Assembly (NCBI RefSeq): GCF_000354175.2
Contig: NC_022359.1
Location: 270,001 to 302,000 of the forward strand
DNA: 32,000 nucleotides
Direction of reading: 5' to 3'
From: Vibrio alginolyticus NBRC 15630 = ATCC 17749
Lineage (GTDB): Bacteria; Pseudomonadota; Gammaproteobacteria; Enterobacterales; Vibrionaceae
The translations under genes were made by a program, and so were the position numbers. Positions 25,554-32,000 of this stretch are shown here, one piece after another (the first letter of the stretch is position 1; each line of letters begins with the position of its first letter). A model generated the notes under the pieces. That model was not told where the DNA came from and searched no databases. It saw only the letters and a list, made by a program, of their open reading frames with translations.

Positions 25554-26750
25554 TTATGGTTGAAGGAAGTTTTGAGTGAAATCGAGCGCCTCTTTAGAAA
25601 GTTTTTTTTCGTTGGGCGATGTGCTTGCCTGACCTTCTGCTGTTACCGTTGTCATGTTAGGCTGAAAATCTAGTGTTGATGCCTCCTCCCAAGCTTCGGA
25701 GGCGTCTTTATTCTCATCATTCAACACCGCATTGAGCTCCTCTTCCGCAGGAAAATACGCTTCGCGTTTGTACACTTTGTTAAGGGCTCGAATAATAGAG
25801 TGCTTTCTCACCATTCCTGAGGCCAGCTTTCTTTGCAACGGCTTCGCTATGGACTGCAATCCAACGACAACATCAACACCAATATTGGTCGCCACTTCAT
25901 CACGCAACGTACGCGCAGGTTGGTAGCCCATATTGGCCGAAAGAAACAGCCAAACGTAAGCAATTGCATTACCCGTTTTACCTTTATCCTTCCACGCTTC
26001 GCCAGCATGATACATCGCTTTAGCACTGCCACCTTCCGCGGCCCGTTCCAGCCAGTAGCAACCTTTAACCATGCTTTTTTCTGTACCAATGCCATTTAGG
26101 TAACATAAGCCGACTTGGATCTTGCCATCTGCACTGTCTTTTTCCGCCGCTTTCATAAACCAGTAAAGCGCATCTGCACTGCGTCCTGCACTATTGTCTG
26201 GTGAAAGCTGCCATTCCCCCATATAAATCATGGCATCAATGCAGCCTTCTTCGGCGGCAGTTTCAATCAGTTGGTTACCTTTTGGGATATTTTTTTCAGT
26301 TCCTCGACCAAAGACCAAGGCCTTGCCCGTCGAAAATTTCGCTTCGGTATCCCCTTCCATTCCCGCAATTGCGGTACGCCAGAAGTTTGCCTGCTCTTTT
26401 AAAATCACATCTTCGCGCATGCGTTCACTTAAGCGAACAATGCCGTACATCCCCGTCACATTGTCCAATTTAGCTGCTTTATCATACCAATACAGCGCTT
26501 GACGAATGTTGTCCTTTTCGGCTTCTTTCGCTAGAAATAAAATGGTGGGAATATGCCCGGTTTCTGCTTTGAACTCTCGCTCTTTACGCTCTTGCTCTCG
26601 CGCTTTATGCATCGCCTTTCGATAAGCGGCTTCGCGAGCTTTCCTCTCTGCCTCGAGTCTCTGTTTCCGCATCGACAACGAGATCATCCACACAAATATC
26701 AGGACGAGTGAAAGGCCAGTTGCCGCAATGGCAATGCCCATACTACTCAT
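25554..26750 (-). CDS. Membrane-anchored Sel1-repeat (TPR-like) protein
   Basis: 398 aa. N-terminal TM segment (GIAIAATGLSLVLIFVWMISL) is followed by a K/E/R-rich helix. Several Sel1-type repeats follow (ALYWYDKAAKLDN, ETAAEEGCIDAMIYMG, WFMKAAEKDSADGKIQVGLCYLNGIGTEKS, YWLERAAEGGSAKAMYHAG). SD is AGAGG. Confidence 0.8.
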   Translation of the reverse strand: MSSMGIAIAATGLSLVLIFVWMISLSMRKQRLEAERKAREAAYRKAMHKAREQERKEREFKAETGHIPTILFLAKEAEKDNIRQALYWYDKAAKLDNVTGMYGIVRLSERMREDVILKEQANFWRTAIAGMEGDTEAKFSTGKALVFGRGTEKNIPKGNQLIETAAEEGCIDAMIYMGEWQLSPDNSAGRSADALYWFMKAAEKDSADGKIQVGLCYLNGIGTEKSMVKGCYWLERAAEGGSAKAMYHAGEAWKDKGKTGNAIAYVWLFLSANMGYQPARTLRDEVATNIGVDVVVGLQSIAKPLQRKLASGMVRKHSIIRALNKVYKREAYFPAEEELNAVLNDENKDASEAWEEASTLDFQPNMTTVTAEGQASTSPNEKKLSKEALDFTQNFLQP

Positions 26751-26971
26751 AAATAGCCTCTTTTGGTTTCAGGGCCCAATTCAACTCCCTTTCAGGGAAA
26801 TCTTATGATTACGCGCCGACGTAACGCCGACTACCTTCATTATATAACGACCACTTAGCGAAAATCTGAAGCTTGCGAAGACTTAATGGCGGTATTTTAT
26901 TCAACATCACTGCAACTTATTTTTAAAAGAAAAATATAGCCCTCATTTTTATAGAACTTAATCACGGTTTT

Positions 26972-27018
26972 GGGGCTGAGACATTCTCATCCCCTATCAT
27001 CCCCCCTTACTCCTCCCA
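26972..27018. promoter_or_regulatory. MalT-box cluster upstream of the pullulanase gene
   Basis: On the plus strand there is GGGGCTGAGA (26972-26981). On the minus strand there is GGGGATGAGA (26994-26985, 9/10 to GGGGATGAGG), GGGGATGATA (27004-26995) and TGGGAGGAGT (27018-27009, 8/10 to GGGGAGGAGG). TTTAAT/TAATGA -10 candidates lie at 27032-27039. Confidence 0.7.
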
Positions 27019-27296
27019 TAAAAATTCACATTTTAATGATGTGCAGAATCTCTCACTATGCGCCTGTTTTATTATTTAATTTGTGAACAAAATCGACTGT
27101 GACAGAAAATTTGCACCTGTAAAAAACTTAACAGCCTGCTCTCACATTTTGCTGATGATTCAGTGTATTAGCATCTAATTGAACATTTCCTTTTTTGGCA
27201 TCTGCCTTTCTAGCGTGTGCAAAACCTTCTTGATGATTGAGTCAGCGAAGGCAGCGCGCAGCTCAATATCAATTCAATAACAATGGATTTGTAAAC

Positions 27297-30200
27297 GTGG
27301 ACAATAAGACATTTAAATTATCAACAATTGCCAAAACCGTACTGCCTTTGATTTCCGTCGCGGTAATCAGCGGTTGTGGTAGTGATAGCACGAACGAAGA
27401 TACGACGAACCCTGGCTCAGGCTTGTACCCTGCGGGAGAGAACGAAGTCGTCATTTATTACAAACGTGACGTAGCATCAGCTTCAACAGCAAGCGACTAC
27501 GAAGGTTGGGGCTTGCACCTATGGAACGGTGAGGGCTGTACCAGCACAGATTTAGACGCAATGGGCATTCCGGGAACAGGAACGGATTGGTCTGCGCCAC
27601 ACCCATTCGATGGCATCAACGACACCTACGGTGCTTACTACGTACTGAAAATAAACCCTGACGCCTCTGACCCACACGAATGCATGAACTTCATTCTGCA
27701 CAAAGGTGATGAGAAAGCGTTCGGCAGCGCAAACTCAAAAGTAGAGTTGACGAAAATCGGCGAATCGAAAGGTTTGTTTGGCTTCCACGGCAGCAGTGAA
27801 CTTTACTACGAGCCAATAGAAGAGCGCCCTGTTGATATTGATGGTCAAAAAGCCCATTGGTTAGACGCCAACACCATTGCATGGGAAGCGGCGACCAGTG
27901 CGGATTCCATGAAGCTGTTCTACAGCATTAGCAATGACATCAAAATGGATGAAGATAAGCAAATCTCTGGCGGTACAGCAGTTGAGCTGACAAAAGCTGG
28001 TGAGTTGTCTGATGGTCTGAAATCACGCTTCCGTCACCTTGCTAGCCTTCAAGCTGCGGGTATCGATGTCGATGACGCGACCTTGCGTACGATCCTGAAG
28101 TCACAAATCGTTATGGTGGCTTACAACGCAAATGGTGACGTCATTTCTGCAACTGAAGTGCAAAAACCGGGCGTTTTGGATGCGGTGTTTGCCGATTCCA
28201 AGGCAGGTAACGCGATCGGTCAAGAACTCGGTGCGATTGTGGAAGGCGGTGCCGCAACCTTCAAACTATGGGCACCAACTGCCCAAGATGTTGATCTGAT
28301 AATCTACGATGAAAACTTAGCAGAAGAAGCGACCGTTGCCATGACGGAAGACCCAGCAACAGGTATCTGGGTTTCTGAGGCACAAAGCAACGTTGTCAAC
28401 AAATATTATCGCTACCAAGTTAAGGTATACCACCCAACAACTGGCGTCGTTGAAACGCGTTTGGTAACAGACCCATATTCAATGAGCTTGTCTAAGAACT
28501 CACGATACTCGCAAGTGGTTGATTTAGATGATCCAAGCTTAATGCCTCAAGATTGGAAAAACTACGCACGCCCAACGGTTAAAAAAGACGAAGACCACGT
28601 CCTTTACGAGTCACACATTCGTGATTTCAGCTTTAACGACAGCAAAGGCACACCAAGTCTTGATGGCAAATATCTGGCGCTTACAGAACCTGAGCGTGAG
28701 TCTGTATCTCACTTACAAGCTTTAAAAGATGCTGGCCTAACAACGCTACATATCCTGCCTGCGTTTGATATTGCAACCGTGGATGAAGACGCTGACAAGC
28801 GAGTCGATATCACCGACACCGTGGGTAAACTTTGTGGCATCAAGCCAGAAGCCTCCATTTGTGAGACCGAAGATGACGGCAAAGTAATTGAAGAGGTATT
28901 AAATAGCTACGACCCAACAACGGGCAAAGCACAAGCGTTGATGAACGATCTTCGCATGCTAGACAGCTTCAACTGGGGTTATGACCCTTACCACTACACC
29001 GTGCCAGAAGGCAGTTATGCGACCGATCCTAACGGGTCTAAGCGTATTCTTGAGTTCCGCGAAATGGTTCAAGCGACGCATAAAATGGATCTGAAACTGG
29101 TCATGGACGTCGTGTACAACCACACAAATGCATCTGGTGTGAACGAAAAATCAGTACTGGATAAGATTGTCCCTGGGTACTACCACCGCCTAAACGTCAA
29201 CACTGGCGGCGTCGAAAACTCAACCTGTTGTGATAACACCGCAACCGAGAACTTGATGATGGGTAAACTAATGGTTGACTCATTGATGGTATGGGCGGAT
29301 GACTATAAAGTCGATGGTTTCCGTTTTGACCTTATGGGCCACCAGCCGAAAGATGTGATGGTTTACGCACTTGAAAAAGTCCGTGAAATTGACCCGAATA
29401 CCTTGTTCTACGGCGAAGGTTGGGACTTTGGTGAAGTCGCGCAAAACGCTCGCTTCGATCAGGCGACACAAGTCAACATGGCGGGGACAGAAATCGGTAC
29501 TTTCTCTGATCGTCTGCGTGACGCAGTTCGTGGCGGAAGCCCGTTTGATGGCGGTGTAGATTCTGAAGGTAAGCACCCACTTCGCTTTAACCAAGGCTTT
29601 GGTAACGCCGCTTATCCTAACGAAGAAACCAAAACTGACGCAGAGTCGGTGAATGGTCGTTTACACAACCAAGATCTGGTTCGTCTAGGTATGGCTGGTA
29701 ACTTGGCTGATTACATCCTTCTTGATTACAAAGGCGAAACCAAACTGGGTAAGAACGTTGATTACAATGGTGCGCCTGCAGGCTACACAAAAGTGCCATC
29801 AGAGAACATCTCTTACGTGTCTAAGCACGACAACCAAACATTGTGGGATAACAACGCCTACAAGATTGCGACAGGCACTTCATCTGCCGAGCGTGCACGT
29901 ATGCAGTCTGTGTCCCTATCAACGGTGATGCTTGGTCAAGGCATTCCATTTATCCACATGGGTTCTGAGCTATTGCGCTCTAAATCTATGCAGCGCGACT
30001 CGTACGATTCTGGTGACTGGTTCAACCGTGTATTCTTCGACGGAAGCGACAATAACTGGAACGTTGGTCTACCACGTGAAGACAAAGACGGTGCAAACTG
30101 GGAGCTGATCAAAACCATCGTTGGTGACAGCACGGCGAAACCAGATTCAACCGACATCGAGCTGACTAAGCAACAATTCCTAGAGCTACTAAAAATCCGT

Positions 30201-31286
30201 AGCACAAGCGAACTATTCCGCCTAGATACCGCGCAAGAAGTGATGAACCGTGTGGACTTCCGCAACGTAGGGAAAGACCAAGTGGAAGGCTTGATTGTGA
30301 TGTCTATCGACGATGGTACATCAGCGGGTGCCGATTTAGATTCGAACTACGATGCTGTCGTGGCCGTTGTGAACTCAACATCAACTGAGAAATCTTTCAA
30401 AGTTGCTGGCGCAACTGGTTTCGAACTGCATGAAGTTCAACAAAACTCTGCGGATGACATCGTCAAAGGTGCAAGCTTCACCAATGAAACGTTCACAGTA
30501 CCAGCACTGACAACAGCGGTATTCGTGCAGCCACAAAACGGCGCACAAGGTGCTGGCCTACCAGTAAACACGGATAACAAAGACGTATCGAGCATTCCTC
30601 CTTACGGCGAAACCGTTGTTTACGTGAAAGGCACGATGAACGAGTGGTCTGATAGCAGTGATTGGGCGATGACCTTTATTGGCAACGGTATGTACTCTGT
30701 AACTGGCGTTCTTGAAGCTGGTGAACACGAGTTCAAATTCGCGGACTCTGGTTGGGCAAATCCAAACATCGGTTGTGATATTGCGAATATAGCTTCTGGT
30801 TCACTAGAATTAGGTTCAGAAGGTAACTGTAAGCTGTCTGTTGCTGAAACAGGTAAGTACAACTTCACTCTGAACGCGCTACATGTTCAAGATGAAAGCG
30901 TAGAAAAACCGGTCGTGTCAGTGACCAAGTCAGCAGATGCACCAACATTCGGTGAAACAGCACTTTACTTACGTGGCACTATCACTACATGGGATGCTCC
31001 AGCACAAGACTCAACAGCGAAGTTCAGCTATGTTGCAAATGACGTTTATTCGCTAGACATTACCCTAGCGGCGGGCAACTACGAGATGAAAGTTGCGAGC
31101 GCAGACTGGGCAGCAGACACCAACTTCGGTGGTGAAGGCAGTGTTGAGCTTGGTAAAGCGCTGACGATGGAAGCCGGTGGCGGTAGCGCAAACCTAAAAA
31201 TTGCGATTGCAGAAGCAGGAAACTACAACTTCCACTTCAATGCGGCTGACAAGTCGGCGCCAATCGTGACGGTAACGAAAAACTAG
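27297..31286 (+). CDS. pulA: Pullulanase-type alpha-1,6-glucosidase lipoprotein (GH13, PulA-like) with C-terminal tandem binding-module-like repeats
   Basis: Track ORF is 27237..31286 with a TTG start. I prefer GTG at 27297, giving MDNKTFKLSTIAKTVLPLISVAVISG-C, a lipoprotein signal with an ISGC lipobox. The N-terminal YEGWGLHLWN...YGAYYVL module is CBM41-like, as in Klebsiella PulA. GH13 regions present are FNWGYDPYHY, DVVYNHT, GFRFDLMGH, YGEGWDF and YVSKHDN. Confidence 0.93.
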   Translation: MDNKTFKLSTIAKTVLPLISVAVISGCGSDSTNEDTTNPGSGLYPAGENEVVIYYKRDVASASTASDYEGWGLHLWNGEGCTSTDLDAMGIPGTGTDWSAPHPFDGINDTYGAYYVLKINPDASDPHECMNFILHKGDEKAFGSANSKVELTKIGESKGLFGFHGSSELYYEPIEERPVDIDGQKAHWLDANTIAWEAATSADSMKLFYSISNDIKMDEDKQISGGTAVELTKAGELSDGLKSRFRHLASLQAAGIDVDDATLRTILKSQIVMVAYNANGDVISATEVQKPGVLDAVFADSKAGNAIGQELGAIVEGGAATFKLWAPTAQDVDLIIYDENLAEEATVAMTEDPATGIWVSEAQSNVVNKYYRYQVKVYHPTTGVVETRLVTDPYSMSLSKNSRYSQVVDLDDPSLMPQDWKNYARPTVKKDEDHVLYESHIRDFSFNDSKGTPSLDGKYLALTEPERESVSHLQALKDAGLTTLHILPAFDIATVDEDADKRVDITDTVGKLCGIKPEASICETEDDGKVIEEVLNSYDPTTGKAQALMNDLRMLDSFNWGYDPYHYTVPEGSYATDPNGSKRILEFREMVQATHKMDLKLVMDVVYNHTNASGVNEKSVLDKIVPGYYHRLNVNTGGVENSTCCDNTATENLMMGKLMVDSLMVWADDYKVDGFRFDLMGHQPKDVMVYALEKVREIDPNTLFYGEGWDFGEVAQNARFDQATQVNMAGTEIGTFSDRLRDAVRGGSPFDGGVDSEGKHPLRFNQGFGNAAYPNEETKTDAESVNGRLHNQDLVRLGMAGNLADYILLDYKGETKLGKNVDYNGAPAGYTKVPSENISYVSKHDNQTLWDNNAYKIATGTSSAERARMQSVSLSTVMLGQGIPFIHMGSELLRSKSMQRDSYDSGDWFNRVFFDGSDNNWNVGLPREDKDGANWELIKTIVGDSTAKPDSTDIELTKQQFLELLKIRSTSELFRLDTAQEVMNRVDFRNVGKDQVEGLIVMSIDDGTSAGADLDSNYDAVVAVVNSTSTEKSFKVAGATGFELHEVQQNSADDIVKGASFTNETFTVPALTTAVFVQPQNGAQGAGLPVNTDNKDVSSIPPYGETVVYVKGTMNEWSDSSDWAMTFIGNGMYSVTGVLEAGEHEFKFADSGWANPNIGCDIANIASGSLELGSEGNCKLSVAETGKYNFTLNALHVQDESVEKPVVSVTKSADAPTFGETALYLRGTITTWDAPAQDSTAKFSYVANDVYSLDITLAAGNYEMKVASADWAADTNFGGEGSVELGKALTMEAGGGSANLKIAIAEAGNYNFHFNAADKSAPIVTVTKN

Positions 31287-31310
31287 TTTCATTTAAAAAC
31301 ATCCGTAATG

Positions 31311-31344
31311 AAAAAGGGGAAGCATCACGCTTCCCCTTTGTTTT
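31311..31344. terminator. Bidirectional terminator between pulA and the endonuclease gene
   Basis: AAAAA-GGGGAAGC-atcac-GCTTCCCC-TTTGTTTT. Confidence 0.85.
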
Positions 31345-31385
31345 GTTGGCGTCACTAAATGGTGGATACCAAAATCAAAAAGGTG

Positions 31386-32000
31386 TTAGTTTCCCCAAAT
31401 CTGTTCAACAAACTCAGGATGATCAATGAATGGATTACGATTGCCCTGAAAATCAAACACTTGTTGATTGCGGTTTCGTTCTTTTTCACTAACGGGATCA
31501 TTTTTGTGCCAACGTTTCAGCATGTTTAACATCCAAGGTTCAAAAACCGTTGAACTTGAACCATCAAGGACAGCATCCGCATTGCTTGAATTGCCTTCCC
31601 AGTTACCTACAACATTTTCATAGCGGGTTGCCATGTAGAAATAAGCACGGGCGAAGTCGCCCTTAAACTCATCAATCGGCTCAAACACCGTACCGGAGTA
31701 GCCCAGACTAGTGCTTGCTTGTCCAAGTTTAGAGCCATTACTAGACACGTAGGTCGCGGTGCCCACTTCACCAAATGGCCAATTACTGCGCTTCGCGTTT
31801 ACATAACCATCAGTTGCAAACAAGTGATGACCGTCTGAGTTCATCGGCTCAACCTTACCGCCAAACCAGCTTTTCGGAAAAGAGTGCTCACGGTTGTAGC
31901 AATCCCCTTCCGTTTTGTATTGGCCACATTGGTCTGTGACTTTGGTAAAGCTTACTGTATCGCTAGCAGATGGCTTTTCAGAATACATATCGAGAATAGA
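31386..32000 (-). CDS. Endonuclease I family extracellular/periplasmic nuclease; N-terminal end beyond window
   Basis: The frame stays open upstream of the track's Met (31988) to the window edge, and no signal peptide is visible, so the true start is probably outside the window. Endonuclease_1-type motifs present are EHSFPKSWFGG, SDGHHLFATDGYVNAKRSNWPFGEV and NRNPFIDHPEF. Confidence 0.8.
   Translation of the reverse strand, partial: SILDMYSEKPSASDTVSFTKVTDQCGQYKTEGDCYNREHSFPKSWFGGKVEPMNSDGHHLFATDGYVNAKRSNWPFGEVGTATYVSSNGSKLGQASTSLGYSGTVFEPIDEFKGDFARAYFYMATRYENVVGNWEGNSSNADAVLDGSSSTVFEPWMLNMLKRWHKNDPVSEKERNRNQQVFDFQGNRNPFIDHPEFVEQIWGN

Noticed and set aside
27237-27296. TTG start at 27237 for the pullulanase (extra MSQRRQRAAQYQFNNNGFVN)
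   Set aside because: It has no SD and would put 20 polar residues in front of an otherwise canonical lipoprotein signal peptide. The GTG at 27297 gives a normal-length signal ending in ISG-C. It remains possible.
1-32000. Mobile elements, integron attC/VCR repeats, CRISPR arrays, prophage or defence islands
   Set aside because: No transposase, integrase or recombinase-like ORFs were found. No arrays of 28-37-bp direct repeats with spacers were found. No abrupt compositional island was visible by eye. The gene content is metabolic and housekeeping.

Overview
This window looks like a Vibrio-type (Vibrionaceae, probably second-chromosome) region. That attribution is an inference from gene content and from a Qrr sRNA. 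The window is dominated by the MalT maltodextrin/glycogen regulon. On the minus strand it carries a periplasmic MalS-like alpha-amylase, glgB, malQ and malP. malT is divergent from malP. Further right is a roughly 1330-aa lipoprotein pullulanase. Clusters of MalT boxes (GGA[T/G]GA cores) are visible upstream of malP and of the pullulanase gene. The remaining genes are a yjiH-yjiG-M20 peptidase operon, a DsbA-like oxidoreductase, mtgA, a DUF368 (PopT-type) membrane protein, and a YtkA-like/SCO1/stand-alone PTS-EIIB operon. There is also an RsgA-type GTPase, sstT, pdxY, a small AbrB/MazE-fold protein, a membrane-anchored Sel1-repeat protein, and partial DUF1232 and endonuclease-I genes at the two edges. 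The most important feature missed by the ORF track is a complete Qrr quorum-regulatory sRNA gene on the minus strand (about 18302-18410). It has a sigma-54 -24/-12 promoter, upstream LuxO-type TTGCA-N3-TGCAA sites and an intrinsic terminator, and sits between malT and the DUF368 gene. Other structure not explained by ORFs: a 6-copy ~16-bp mini-hairpin tandem repeat in the 3' UTR of the peptidase operon, direct repeats in the leader of the SCO operon, and a 13-codon uORF ahead of the RsgA paralog. Most genes are followed by clear rho-independent terminators. I saw no transposases, integrases, CRISPR arrays, tRNA or rRNA genes. I cannot point to a convincing new multi-gene system, so the findings are ranked candidates with explicit tests.
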